NCBI RefSeq assembly: GCF_006345805.1
Contig: NC_042999.1
Coordinates: 99,882,001 to 99,946,000, forward strand
Length of the DNA: 64,000 bases
Direction of reading: 5' to 3'
DNA from: Octopus sinensis
Taxonomy: Eukaryota
Positions 29,025 to 43,379 of this stretch are shown here, piece by piece (the stretch's first letter is position 1; every line of letters begins with the position of its first letter). The notes beneath the pieces are model-generated. The model saw nothing but the letters and a program-made list of their open reading frames with translations, had not been told where the DNA came from and did no database searches. A program made the translations under genes and the position numbers.

Positions 29025-29077
29025 AATATTAAATACTTGATCTACTACAATATTAAATACTTGATCTACTACAATAT
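29025..29077. repeat. Exact 24-bp tandem duplication
   Basis: AATATTAAATACTTGATCTACTAC x2 plus a partial third unit. Confidence 0.95.
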
Positions 29078-30899
29078 CATCCGAAATATTATTTAATAAA
29101 CATTTGACTACTTCTATGATAATAAAATATTTAACAATTATTTGAATACATAAATTTTATATAACGTGCCAAAGCGAAGTTAACCTAACACAACCTAACA
29201 AAGTTTTCAGCATTAAGTGGAAATGGTAGGTATCATGAATGCAGAAAAATGGACGCGACTGGAAATCAAGGAAGAAGTGAATCTATCTTACAATCTTGGT
29301 TTAGTGGTCTATTACGCTCTCCAAAACAAAATTTCGCAAGTTTTCCATTTTGGATAGGACATCAGGATATGTTATATAGCTTATGACTTTAGGAGTTGAG
29401 ACAACTGAGAAGAGTGAAGGAGTAACAAGAGAAAAAATCAGTAAAATTAAGTATATCATTTCTAATGGAAAGCAGAATATTTGGAAATGAGGCGTTGGAT
29501 CCAATGCAACATGACGCAAAGAACAACCAAATGTTATCTGACTGCAGTAGAAATTTCCTTTTTTTAAATAAAAGACAGGGTTTGTATACATGTGTATATA
29601 TTTCTTATACCATTGTCGATCTATGTGACCTTGTTCGTATATTTGACGTTTTTTAAGCTTTTATCATTGCATATGGATGAAAGTCTGTGTCTCTGCATGT
29701 CGTTTATGTGTATGTATTATCAATTAATTAATACTAAGCTTAAATCGTGATATGAGGCATAGTATATATTGAAGAACATTCTAATGCAATTTTTAAAAAA
29801 ATATTGTGACTATAAGCTTTTGAGTATCATTCGATAAAAAATTAACTATTACTAATATAATAGTTATTACGTTTTTTAGGCTCATTTTCTCCAGAAATAT
29901 ATGATGCAAAATCCTTGGAAACTCTACTAATATGTATTAAAAAGTAATCTAAAAATCATTATTATGCATATTTCAGCAACCCCCTCCGTAGAATTGGAAT
30001 GCTGTGGTTCCTGTCTATTTTAAATGATACACGTTATAGACTGAGTTCGAAGAAAAGCCATTCAGTTAACAGACTTTTGCTGCGACTGTAGCCATTTTAA
30101 CGTTCCATAACTCACTAACAACATTGAGAAACGCAAGAACGTAGCTGTATATCAAATCCCTATGAATATGAATTATTTTCTATTTCGCAGCGAAATAGTC
30201 TATATAATGCGATTTACCATCGCAAGCTAAGCTAAAGTACATGTGATACTAAGTAATTGAGTTTAGATTTTTAAAACATTAATTACATCTAATATGGTTC
30301 GTATTGTGGTGCGAGATCACTGTTGGGTATTTTACGTACGAGATAGATTGTAGAAAGCGTTTTACTCAAATGCGAAGGTAAAGTACATAGCAAGATTTGA
30401 ATTCAATATAGAAAGGTGAGAAATAAAGTACGGCTCATAAATATTAGTCTTCAATTCCATCTCCACGACATTTTTATCAAATTCATAAAAATTACTTGCA
30501 ATATAATTTTATTTCAAATACCCTACTTTAACTTATAAAGTCAAACAAATTATAGGAGTTATTAATTAATGCATAATTTTGGAAAACAATTCTAGATCAA
30601 TATCAATATTATTTGGTATTTAAGGGTTGTTCAATTAAATTTTAAAGGACATAAAGACATAATGATCTAACTTTTGTGCTGTAATAGCATTAAGCAATAC
30701 CTGATTAATGTAATCAACGAGTGAAACAACTTAAATCCAGATTTTAATCGTTTACACATGTATTCCAGTTACATTTTACTTTATTTTGCATACGTTTTTA
30801 CTTGAACTGAATACCTCGAAATAAATAATTCAAACGTTCAAAATAACGATCACACGCTGGATGAAAAGCCCTATATAATAACTTCAAATATTTACTGGT

Positions 30900-31108
30900 A
30901 CTATGTGCTCCATTCTTTAAGAAGAAAATTTGAAGCTATATGAAAAATGGTTTATATCAAAATGTTCGTATGGAATATTAATCCATGTGCTTTTTCGTGT
31001 GATAGTCAATACAATTTTGAGAATTATGGCTTGCTAGTAAAATGGATATTCCCAATCTTCATTTGTATGACGAGTGAGATTGATTGATGGATTAATAAAT
31101 CTAAGTAA
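30900..31108 (-). pseudogene. Possible ankyrin-repeat-like relic
   Basis: Acceptor TTTTTCTACTCTTACAG at 31109, then YLDLLIHQ and TNEDWEYPFY*..LKIVL..WINIP in two frames. Weak match. Confidence 0.25.
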
Positions 31109-31228
31109 CTGTAAGAGTAGAAAAATCTATTGGAATGCATTATAGTCATTTTGAAATATTCGCTATGCGGCAAAATTTAAACCGTGTACCATATTATGCA
31201 ACTTTTCTTAATATACCATAGTTTTTCG

Positions 31229-31389
31229 GTGTCTTTTGGTGTTTAGAAAATTTATAACCTTAACGCTTTATCTGCTGATTGAATGCCGTTTCTAAGCTAA
31301 TTGCTGAAATATAAATTATCGCAATATAAACCTGTGATTATAATCATATCACGTGCAGCGCTCAAAGACCTGTCATTCACATTTTGTTA
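31229..31389 (+). repeat. About 160-bp direct duplication, copy 2
   Basis: Direct match to 10940-11100. Confidence 0.9.
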
Positions 31390-32299
31390 CCCAAAATAGA
31401 TACAGCATAAAGAATACGTAGAATTAGACTTCAATTGGGCCAGGTCAAATATTGAATCTAGACCGCGATGTGTTTTCTAGTTTATCTGAGAAACTATTTC
31501 CAATATATATATATATATTGACTTCTTTCAATAGATCACTTTTGCATCAAAAGCTATTCCAAAAATCATAGATTACATATGAAAGAAAACTGGGTGAAGA
31601 TCTTAAACCTTCGAACCACATACAATGTATCTCAAAGATATGTGACCAAATTGTAAAAAGAAAGATTTGTTCATCAAAGGATTCCCATGAAGAAATTTGA
31701 ATGGGATTCTTATTTTTTAAAGATATCTTTTGATTTCACATTCTCAACTGGTAAATCACTTATTTACTATATATCTAACTAAAAAACGACAATGGATTGT
31801 ATACGCATTGTACTGAGGAAGCAATACAATACAGATTATTTCCATACAAAAACACAAGATTTTCAGGTTTTTGTATCCATGTAGAGAACTTTTGTCGTTA
31901 TAACAGACGGTTATTTATATATGTGTATGTGTGTGTGTGTGTGTAGATAAATATATACATACAGTCATATACATACATATATATGCATGTATTTATATAT
32001 ATATATAATGTTTACATACAGATACACACACATATTTATACACATCCTTATCTATATGTATGTGTGTATGCACGTATATCTGTACATATATATGTAAGTA
32101 TGTATGTGAGCATAATCTATGTATATGTTTATGTATGTAAATACATAAACTTGTAATTAAGAAATTCACTCCAGAAACATGTGTTTCGTAAGTATTGTCC
32201 AATGAAGACTTTTTAGATAGATACTTAGTAGTGAACCAGGGCTATTCTGATATAACACCGATGATACTACACACAAACTTGATATAAATCAATGATTAA

Positions 32300-32760
32300 T
32301 GGCTAGAGACGTATAGCAAGAAGACAAATCTTTCAAATGTCCTTGGTCGGTTACAAAAATGCAATTAATTGATTGCCACACAATTTGAAAATGAATAAGT
32401 ACTAACTACCTTGACTTCGGATGCCCTGGTTTACAATTATTTCATAAACTTCACATCAATACTCTTGGATGGATGTCTTTTTTAAATCACTTGCAAACCC
32501 TTCTTATAGAACAAAAACCATTCAAACAACAGAAACAACTAATAGCAATTTCAGTGTGCATCTAAATCAAGTTCATACGAATACGAGTTGATTCTTTCCG
32601 ATAATGTTGTACTGAGATTTCAACACATTTCATCTAATGATGACATGCCTTTATTGATGATCAAACATCGATCCATTTTAACCGATACTGCTAAACTGTT
32701 AATGCCATATAATTTATCCCATTTCCAGCAACATTGTTTCCACATGGTTTGAGATATATC
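32300..32760 (+). mobile_element. Possible very old non-LTR retrotransposon RT relic
   Basis: LVGYKNAIN*LPH resembles WIDYKKAFDSLPH, and a later segment resembles HLLYMDD. Otherwise unreadable. Confidence 0.3.
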
Positions 32761-33197
32761 AATCAAACAACCTGTTAAATCCTTCATCAATGACCATCCT
32801 TTAAAGACACATATATACTATTATTGTGACAAATCAATGAACTTTTGTCAATGGTTCATTGTATGCTGCTGAAGTCTTGTTGGTAATAACGTCATTTTAA
32901 TTCCTAGCAACTGGTTTTCTGATTTAAGAAAACAGATATCATACTAACTACTGAAGTATTTTCAAAGCCTCCAAATGCAATCTGTTATTTTCAAACAGGT
33001 TTCTAGATATCCTAAGATACTAACTTTCACACTTACTCAGCAGATAGATTATATCACTATGAAGCAACTAATTTAAAGGAAAATGAATAAAGTTGAGGTA
33101 TATTACATTAATTCTTATATTCCATAATGCATCGAAGTCTTCCATTTAAATGTTATTAACACTAGTTGGTATATTTATATAAACACATACATACATA

Positions 33198-34279
33198 CGA
33201 GATGGCCTCAAAAAGTTCCCAAACTTTTATTCTAGCGCACCAACAGACGACAGCATATGGTTGCGAGTGCTGTGAGAGCTAGCAGTGCTCTTCATGAGGC
33301 AGAGTTCCGAGTGACCTAGCTGTTTTTACCTCGCAAGTTGCGAAATGCGTGTCTTTGTGATCATGTGTATACTGTAGTCTGCAATTTTATAGACAAGAAG
33401 TTGGAACAAAGTGCCAGCGTGACATTTTGCGTTAAACTTGGGAAATCTGCTACAGAGATTTTGAGCATGCTTGGACAAGCTTAGAGCGACGAGGCAGTGG
33501 GATGGCCGGAGTACAATCAAAAGGATCGCCGGAGTACAATCAACAGAATTGCTGATGTTGTTGGTCTGTCGCATAGGTCCGTGCAGGCAATCCTAACGTC
33601 TGAATTGAACATGCGGCGTGTCTCTGCAAAGTTTGAGCCCCACACTTGCTGGCCACTGAACAGAAAAAGCATCACGTCGAAGTCTGTCAAGATCTCTGTC
33701 AGAGTGCATCACGAGTAACAAGAGTTGAGTCTACGGGTACAACCCCAAGATGTATCAGTAGTCGTTACAGGGGAAGAGTTCTTCATCTTCACGACCGAAG
33801 AAGACACGCCAGAGCTGCAGTTCAGTCAGGGGCATTCTTTTTCGACATCCGCGCTATTTTGCATCGAGAATTCGTCCCCTAGGGCTAGACCGTCAATCGA
33901 GAGTTCTACTGCTTTTTTTTAAGCGTTTGAGAAAAGACATTCGGCGAAAGCGACCGGATCTGTGGAGTGCGAAAAATTGGATTCTTCATGACTTCAATGC
34001 ACCCTGTCACTGAGCTGTCCTTAGCTGAGAGTTCCTCGTCGAAAACTACATGGTTTCGCTTCTGCAACTGCTCTATTCGCCAGATTTAGTAGCTTCAGAC
34101 TTCTGTCTCTTCCTCAAGATGAAAAGGCAGCTCAGAGGTCGCTGTTTTATTACCGTTGTCGAGGTCGAGGGCGAACTGGGCAAGGTGATTATTTTGAAAG
34201 AGATGATGTTACGAATTAGGTACGTAAGTTATTTTTTTATTTAATATAACTAGTTCGGAAACATTTTGATACCACCTCG
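33198..34279 (+). mobile_element. Mariner DNA transposon, internally deleted and frameshifted
   Basis: Imperfect TIRs CGAGATGGCCTCAAAAAGTTCCCAAACT and AGTTCGGAAACATTTTGATACCACCTCG, each flanked by TA. Transposase remnants: FCVKLGKSATE, RRVSAKFEP, HDFNAPCH, YSPDLVASDFCLF.KMK. Confidence 0.95.
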
Positions 34280-34399
34280 TATATGTGTGTGTGCGTATTC
34301 ATGTACATATATACATGCATTCATACAGGCAGGCTGATTTCTATACACTTGGTTTAGGAGTGAAATTGATGAAACCGACAATAAACAATTATTTTACAG

Positions 34400-34430
34400 G
34401 TACAGTTTCACATATGGCGTTTGGAACCAG
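34400..34430 (+). other. Candidate 31-nt exon with consensus splice sites
   Basis: AATTATTTTACAG|GTACAGTTTCACATATGGCGTTTGGAACCAG|GTAAGT. All three frames are open. No partner exons could be assigned. Confidence 0.3.
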
Positions 34431-34978
34431 GTAAGTTTTTTCGGAGCTTCGAATCAACCAGATCCTTGAAACTGAAACTGGATAGAGGGAAACAGTATAT
34501 GAATCTCGTCGAATTGACCAATTTTTTAGTTCAAAGGCATTGATCAGAGAATTAAGAGTATGTTTATCAATTGGACGTATACACACACCTATAAATGTAG
34601 GGATATGTAAGGTGTGTGTGTAAATGGAGTGGAATTTAGTAGGAAAAGCAGAATTGGCTGATTTTATGCTAACTTTTCCAACATTATAAAGAATAGAATA
34701 AAAGCTTTATCGTACCCATTGCTGACATTCGGTAGCTAAATTGGTGGACAGACGTCTGAGAAGATATTGTGGAGCATTTTAATAAGTTCCTATTCATTAA
34801 TTACAAAACACGTTTGAAACCTAGATCATTATATCTTAGAAATTTACTCATTTTACATTCATACTGCGAGTGCTATGCTCAGAACATTGAAAAGTTTGTT
34901 TAGTTCTACTCTGAAGGTATCTTCTTGTTGCTAGTATTTATGTGCCATCATTTCTGTTAACGTATGAAATTTATAATA

Positions 34979-35156
34979 CATTAACCCCTCGACTATCGCG
35001 GGTGTTGCATTCCAAATCCTCCCGCGATAGGTGAAAATCCGTGAAGTAGAAAGAGTATTGTACTGTATATTTTTTATATTATTTTTATAATTTGTATATA
35101 TTTATTCTATTACAAATACGAAACAACACCACGGAGGAATCGACGAGGGACTACTG
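34979..35156. mobile_element. Tigger/pogo-type MITE
   Basis: TA-CATTAACCCCTCGA ... CGAGGGACTACTG-TA: imperfect CAGT-type TIRs with TA duplication and an AT-rich interior. Confidence 0.7.
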
Positions 35157-37059
35157 TACTGTTAAAATATGAATTCCTAATATTTGTGAAGATACGCGTA
35201 ATTTCTGGTCTCCTTGCGCACATCAAACATATTCGCATTTCGTTTCAACATTATCAATTTACGTGTGTGTATTTGTATTGCATGTTGTTATCTGTGATGG
35301 CAAGGTGATGGTTTATCTGTATAATACTGATGTTTAGTGATGGGCGAATATTAGCTAACTATATTAAATTGGATGAAAACCAACTTAGAACAAATGCATT
35401 GTTGTTCCAAAGTGTTAATCAAGAGATTTTGTATAGATATTGTTGATGTTATCTAATATAGTATTATTACTTCTTAAGCGTCTGGATGTGGAGTCATACA
35501 TAAAGTAGCTTTGAGATTCTTAATAATTACCTAAGTTTTTTCAGTGCAAGCTAATCATAGTCTCGAATCTTAACATGAGACATGTGACTAGGATTTTGAT
35601 CTCTTTATTTAAAGAAGTTAATAAGCTACAGACGAGCGTTGTAATGTTTAGTGTTGCTTTGTGTCAGTACATTATTTGTGGTTATTGTGTTAGTTCATTT
35701 CGTACGTGTTCTTTGTTTTCATAAATATTTTCAAGATTTCCTGAAGATTTACGTTACTTTTGTTTTACTGCAGTGCATTATCCATAAGCTGGTTTGTATA
35801 CATCTAGCTAACTTAACTGGTGTATGGAGTTTTCATCACAAATCTGGTTTACATAGCTAATTTACTTACACCCGAAATAATTATGAATAAGCTTTCAAAT
35901 AATTTCATATAGTTGACTACTACCTGTTCATCACTGGCCATCAATTATTGACAGCCTCAAATTTTATACCGTAACGCCACAGATAACGTTATAAAAACGA
36001 TAATTCACGCTAGGAAATCAATCTTTTTCTAAGACTATTGATGTAAAAGCATAAGACTCTCTCAATTAAAACATGTGGAGGAGAGAATCCACCGAAATAT
36101 TTAAACTAATTAGAATAAATATCTTGAATTTAAAACATCCTAAATTTCAAGTGGTTAAGAAAGCAATCTGTAGAAACGACTGTTGATAGATTATCAAAGT
36201 TATCAACAGCCAACTAGTAGATCAGTTCAGGAGAAACTAAACAACACTATATTGTAACATGTTTAAATCCATTGACTTCAATGTTAGATAGGAATTCAAA
36301 TCATGAACCATGTCTTAAAAATGGAGACAAGTGAAAATTGCACGTGTGCTGCGCATCTATATGTATATACCTGCACATACATTTATATAGATGTGCGCGC
36401 GCGCATGTGTGCATGAATACTCTATAATTGAGAGAATTCAAAACACAAAGAAGCAGCTGAATATTATTTTACATCCAGTCCAATGTGAGGGAAAGGAAAA
36501 GAAATATCAGATGGATTTTGAAGAGACAACATAAACAAGAACCCTTACAAATATAACACCCAATAATGACACGCGTCTTGCAAATCAAACTGCCCCCCAT
36601 TTAAACACAACAATTTGGCTTCATATTTTTAAAGTCTCAGTATAAGATGGTAAAAGAAATTACGTTAGCCCATTTAATCTAATGAATCACCAAAGTATTA
36701 AATGTCTGTTAAAAAGGCGAGATGTTCAGCAATTTTAAAGAAACCTTCTCACTATTCCATCTCTCTCACGCTCTCTGCGTATATACCTACAAATATGCAT
36801 GACTGCACACACACACACATACATACACACATACACACACACACACACACACAAATATGTGGGTGTGTGCGTGGGCGTTATTCATATATGGAATATCTTC
36901 AGTATCTACCTGGAACACTATAATCCAAAATAATACAGACTTGATTCTCAAGTATTAGACCGCATATTTGCACACGCGCATGTATGTGTCTTTGTTTCTT
37001 TTTTGTTCTTATTAAAATCGCGTTTTTGATATGTCGCAGAAGTGTTTCTCAAGTCTCAC

Positions 37060-37860
37060 TTATTTAAGAGAAAACAGATGAACAAAGAGAACTTGAACTT
37101 CTGTAAGGCAGCATCTTTTGAATTTCTTTACGGATAGTGGAAACCTTATCCCAGTATTCAACCCAGAATTTGATTGAAAGACTTCGCAGAAACGTCACTG
37201 TTTGTAAGGCAATTTCCCAGTAGAACACACTTCCGTCAACCTTTCTGGTTATTTCTCTGCCTGTTTCATGCCAAAAATGTACTGAGCCCATAAGCAGAGA
37301 TCACAAAAACGTCACACAAGTGTTTCATACACATCTTCCTCTTTCTGCTGTAAAAAAAAAGGCGTAACTATTAGCGATATGAAGAGAACAATATTCTAAC
37401 CCACACTCCTAAACATGAACAACGCACGATCCGAATCTTCAGATTCTTTAAGCATAATACGTTTTGCCGTCACTAACGGTATCTTCTGACGATATCACAT
37501 TCTCGACATAACATAGACTGCATCCCGGGGATGGACCATCCACTTCGGTTTCAGAACATACTCCATTTCCCACCAAGCATGAATCCTATACACACGCAAG
37601 GGATATCCAGAATGGAATATTGCTCCCACATCTACATTATTCCTATTACGCGCATACTTGTCCTAGAATCTTCAGAATGTACGCTCGAGTGATTTGCACG
37701 ACGTAGATTAACATAAAGATGCAACGACTGTCTCAGACGTAAGTTGTCCCCTAAATCTGCTTTTTTGCTCCTATAGCTGCTACATTTGGGGCTTTTTCCA
37801 CCGAACGCCTTTGGGTCCTTTTCCACCGAACGCCAGTCCTTTGTTATTACCACCCTGTTC
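37060..37860 (-). mobile_element. Probable degraded LINE (L1/Tx1-like endonuclease region)
   Basis: GC-richer stretch whose translations (VHPRDAVY, SDRALF, RSLSIKF) loosely resemble Tx1-type ORF2 segments. Many stops. Confidence 0.3.
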
Positions 37861-38648
37861 GACTTTTATATGGAAATATAAACATTCTGACGTCATATGC
37901 ATCAATTTGAATTGACTCAGAAGAACAGCCAAAAACATGGACAATTTTTGCAAAAGATCGTTTAGTGCATAAATTCTCGTTTTTTAATTCCACTTTCGTC
38001 TTTGTTCAACTACATCAATCATAGCTCCAGCAAGAATATAAGTAGATTTGAAAAGAAAAAACACATTCCAATGGAATATATCTGTCCCTTCTCTAGCCTA
38101 TTTTCAGTCGCAGACGTTTAAAAATCGGAAATTTTAAATTATGTCGTTTCATAGACTCCTTTTCACTACAGTATAAGTTCGGAACAAGAAAAAAATAGCA
38201 TATGTAAGTGAATGTATGTATACATACATATATACAGATACACAGAGGCACACACAAACAGACACATACACATGCACGTACGTATGTGTATACTATATAT
38301 ATGTGTGTATGCATGCATAGACATATATACGTGTATATATATGTATGTACGTATATATATATATATATATATATATACAGACACACACTCACAGAGTGAT
38401 ACTTCGCAGTACGTGTTTAATTCGTTCTATGACCGAGTTCATTTTATTTTTTACTCGTATTACAAAACAAAATATACTCTATCCCCACAAAACCATTCAA
38501 AAATAAATTTTTATCGGTTGTAAAACAGATAAGGTACAGTTACAAGGAAAATTATTAGCATGACGTAGATTAGCAAAACAGAAGCAATAACTGTCTCAGA
38601 CGTAAGTTGACCCTTAGATCTGCTTTTTTGTTCCTACAGCTGCTACAT
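37700..38648 (+). repeat. About 86-bp direct repeat pair (37700-37785 and 38562-38648)
   Basis: GACGTAGATTA..ACTGTCTCAGACGTAAGTTG..ATCTGCTTTTTTG..AGCTGCTACAT occurs twice at roughly 80% identity. Confidence 0.85.
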
Positions 38649-38809
38649 CTTTCTCGGCCCACCGAATTTGACTGATCTCTTGTCACATCCACTGAGGCCA
38701 ACTCGATTTATTCGTCTCTCCCTCATTTGAGCCTTATGTCACCTATAGCTGTCTATCTCCCCTCTCCAGCACAGCACTAACCATGTCTTTAGGTATTTTC
38801 CTACTGAAC

Positions 38810-38965
38810 GCGTGACTGTGTGGTAAGTAACTTGCTTACCAACCACATGCTTCAGGGTTCGGTCCCACTGCGTGGCACCTTGGGCAAGTTGCCGACCAAA
38901 GTCTTGTGAGTGGATTTGGTAGACGGAAACTGAAAGAAGCCCGTCGTATATATATATATGTATAT

Positions 38966-39054
<89 letters not shown>

Positions 39055-39255
39055 ATATGAACATGTGTGTGTATATTTGTGTCTGTGTCTGTCCCCACCA
39101 CTGTCGCTTGACAACCGATGTTGGTGGGTTTATGTCCCCGTAAGTTAGCGTTTCGGCAAAAGAGACCGATAGAATAAGTCCTGGGATCGATCTGTTCGAC
39201 AAAAGGCGGTAATCCAGCATGGCCGCAGTCAAATGACTGAAACAAGTGAAAGAAT
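38810..39255 (+). mobile_element. tRNA-derived CORE-type SINE with expanded internal (AT)n
   Basis: Head GACTGTGTGGTAAG..GGGTTCGGTCCC (A and B boxes), CORE-like GCACCTTGGGCAAG, internal microsatellite, and 3' GCCGCAGTCAAATGACTGAAACAAG. Confidence 0.9.
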
Positions 39256-39299
39256 TACAAAAACATAATAAGAGAGAATGCAAAAGAAATATTAAACTG

Positions 39300-41099
39300 G
39301 TTTTATTAGCTCAATTACCTGAAAGATGGGACGATTTCTGCACAAGGAAGACGGTGGATCGGGGAGGAGGAGAATCATCGTTTGGAAGGTGAATGTCCTT
39401 TCACTGAGTCTTCAAAACAATTTTTGGCGTTTTTTCTCTCGCTTTGCTTAATTTAAGCTTTTTAGATACATTTTCTTCACATTACAAACTTGCAGGTCGT
39501 TTCATTGGAAACATATCAAGAGCAGTCTATTTTTTCCTGCCTTTCAAAATGCGCCAGAGCAGTGACATTAAATAAGGCATCTACATGATCTGTAGCTACT
39601 TTTTCAGGATGATATTTTTCTAGCTTCAGAAACATACTGCCACATTGCCAACACTGCCTCGTAGAGATAACCATTTCCGCTACACCATCCTCCCCCGGGT
39701 AACGTATCTCTTCCACCGCGTCCGAATGCTGATGCTCCTGAATCTGCAAGCCATATGCCATCAGCTCCTTTGAGTATTCCTCGACGAAACCGTTAATATC
39801 CCCCATCGTGAACCTCGAGGCCCATGAACTTGCCAAAAGACACTATCTCCTCCACTACAGGTGTCTCATCTCAAACCCCATGAAGTCGCTTTCGGACACG
39901 CAGTCAGGCCTCGTTACATCCTGCTAGGCCATATCGATTATTTTCAGGCAGTTAACAATGTTGTAATGTTCCTTACAAAACTGGTCCGAAGATAAGGTTC
40001 ACCCACACGGTGAGGAATTGCCTGGTGACCCAGGCTTTAGCGTTTGCTCTCCACATGACCTGCAGCTTCTTCAAGATTTTGTGCGAGCTGAACTCACGTG
40101 GGTTTTGGGAATCTTCAAGTCTCGTGGGCTTTCTGAATCTTCAAATCTCTACTTAATCTTCAAGTTTTTACTCGTATTGGCACTAAGGGCGAAAGTTAGC
40201 CTACCTTTCATAGGCTTGTGGCTTGGCGTTTTCTTCTCCTCTATAGTTATGTAGGTTTTTCTGGGCATTTTCTTTTCCCAAAAGGATCAGTTTCATCACA
40301 GTTGAATATCTGTTGTGCGATGTACCCCTCCGTTGCGATGAGCTGACAGAATTCCCGAAATCCTCAGCTGGCTTCGTGTCAGAACTTGTTGCTTCTCCAT
40401 ACCTTACGACGCTATGAACGCCAGTCCGCTTCTTGAAATTACCGAACAGCTGCGACTGGACTTAAATAGTGTTCTGCTTCAGGAGATCCCCATATAGCGC
40501 TCGTGCTTTCTCGCAGATAATGGTCACCGTAATCCTATCCCCTGCGAGATGCTTCTCGTCGATCCACAGGGAAAGCAATTTTTCCATCTATTCGTGAATA
40601 GATGTGCGTTGCTTAGAAAGCCTTGAGATATCTTTTGCTGTTGTAACGGCCTTGGTCTCGTCTTTTTACTTCAAGATGGTGCAGATAATCTAGGTTCTTC
40701 GGTTGTATTGATGTGCTACGTCCACTACATGCATACCTCTCTGGTGTTTATCAATAATTTCCTTCTTCAATTCTATCGTAATCAACTTTTTCTTCTTCTC
40801 AACACTGTCCTTTGCACTAACCTTCTTTGGACATATGGCTAACACAACTAATTATTATAAAGTAATAGCAAAAACTAAAAAAACTAAAAAAAAAATACTG
40901 AAAGCAATACAACAGGGATACTGCGACAGAGTAAGTGCGCGAACTAAGCGAGCAAAGCCTGCGCTTGGTGGGAGAGCGTGTGCACACTCAGCACCGCCTA
41001 GCGGTCGCTTATATGAAACTCACTCGTACTTCAAGACAAAACTTCGCATGTGCCTCGGTTCGTACAGCAAATTACTCTTACTATGGGGCACTCGTACTG
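39300..41099 (-). mobile_element. Tigger/pogo DNA transposon relic (CENP-B-like HTH + DDE_1)
   Basis: 5' end CAGTACGAGTGCCCC at 41099. Translation from about 40830: PKKVSAKDSVEKKKKLITIELKKEIIDKHQRG..LSLWIDEK..GDRIT..ICEKAR..FKKRTG..GEA..VMWRANAKAWVT, with stops and frameshifts. 3' TIR not found. Confidence 0.92.
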
Positions 41100-41116
41100 C
41101 GAGGCTCTGCGATACA

Positions 41117-41156
<40 letters not shown>

Positions 41157-41172
41157 ACACACACACACACAC

Positions 41173-41224
<52 letters not shown>

Positions 41225-42727
41225 CAAACGAGTGACAAAGGAAAGATGCTTTTAATAATATATGTAGTTGGAGTTACATTATTTAAAACAGTTTGATTAG
41301 GTTCTATGATGCAAACACACACACTCACACACATACGTGTCTGTGTGCGTGATACAGAGAATGTGCAGCTAGGTAGGTATGGCTATGTGATTAATAAGTT
41401 CACTATCAGGTACAGGTTATGATCTCTCAGCGTGACACCTAGGCAAATACATTCTTGTATAGGTTTGGGCCCACCAAAGTGAAATTTGGTAGTAGAAAGC
41501 TGCGAAAAAACCTAGTAGAGAAGCCTTACTTTAAATCGTCGCTCTGTTTAACATAACCACTTCACTCGTATTTAAATTTAACGGAGTCCTCTCGGTAGTA
41601 ATTCTGTAGGCGAGATGTATAGTGTGGGGTTAACTTTCTTTCTTCCCACAAATCAAACAAATTCCGCATAAAAGTCTCGTGATTTGCCCTTTTCTCTATT
41701 CCCGTGTCATTAAATGAAACTCAGCCGCAGTGATTTTGACATTCTTGGAAAGTTGACTTTTCGTGTAGCTTACTGGTCAAAACTTATGACCAATCATTTA
41801 GTCGAATTGTTGATTCAAAAAGTGAAAATGATCATTATCAGCATGAGAACCAATAAAGTATATTCTAATTTGTCTAATCTAACACCTCATATCGTTAACT
41901 TGGCGAAATAAATGGATAATTAGATGGGTAGCGGTTAATTTCGTGTTCTCCTTCTATTTTCTGTTATGCATGATGTTTGAGTAGACAGTTGGTTAATTAG
42001 TGAAGTAGTGTAGGGTTCATCTAAACTGATTAAACAACCAATAAATTAATTATAATGGCTTATACATCATATATCAATGAATTTAAAGGTACGGATTGGT
42101 AAGTTCGGCAATAAATCATTTCGATTACAGTTGTCAAAGATAATAAAAGAAGGAAATTCTGGCGGATAAATAGGATGTTTTAATCAGTCGCTTAAATTTG
42201 CAGTGATTAGCAACAAGATTGTTCCTCGCTCATATCACTCCACCCGGAGCGCTTTGGTCGACCTTAAGGAATGTGTCAGATTATATGCTAATAAATCTTT
42301 TTTTTTCCTTTTCTAACATTCTCACCTCACCGATCTGATGGCATAGACTACGTAAAACATTAAATTTCAGAGCTGGTTTTATTTTTACCCTTCAGGAATT
42401 TGAAATAAGTGAAGTTGTTTAAATTAAAAATTTATTCCAAAGTTTGTGATGAAGTTCAAAAGGTTTATTTTACAGTTCCATAAATCATAAAAGTGCTGAC
42501 GATATTGTTGATAGTGGGGCCAATATGCTGACAATAATAATGTAGCATACTGTGTTTTGAATCACATCAGGCATAAGTTCAGATCTTCAACTATAAGGAG
42601 ATTGTAATTTCTTATATGGAAACTGGAACTATTATAGTTTAAGGAGTTTCATGTTTAAGTGTATAAGCTGCCATAACACATACACACTCACACACACATA
42701 CACACACACACACAAACACATATACAG

Positions 42728-42784
<57 letters not shown>

Positions 42785-42804
42785 AATCTAAATTGTTTTG
42801 CTGA

Positions 42805-42848
<44 letters not shown>

Positions 42849-43226
42849 TCAAACACTCTTTGCCTCTCTCTCTCTCTCTCTCAATGTACCTGCCTCCCCT
42901 GTCCATCTCTATCTACTTTTCTTTAATCTATCTCTTTCTCTTTACCTTTCCCTCCCCACTCGTCATTAACATTTCTTTCTCCCTCTTTTCTCTCACCACC
43001 TTTTCCTTTCAACTAACCACGTGGTACATTTAACCTTAGTTTATCATTATACTCCTCCCTTCTTTCACCTCTACTCACATTCATTCTCCCCTCTCTCTGT
43101 CACTTTTACTCCACTCTCACTCACTCCACCTCCTCATCTGTAATATTACTAAATTATAACGGGCGAAAGAAAAAGCAGATTATTATATATGATATAAGAT
43201 ATGTATATATATATATATATACATAT

Positions 43227-43257
<31 letters not shown>

Positions 43258-43379
43258 AGAGTGTTTGCCTAGTCAGAGTAAAAATACATCGACAGCAAGA
43301 AAAGGTAGATATTAATTGAAAACTATAGTGATGATGGTATTGGTAGTGGTGGTGAGGGGGTTTCATAGTGAATTTTCGG

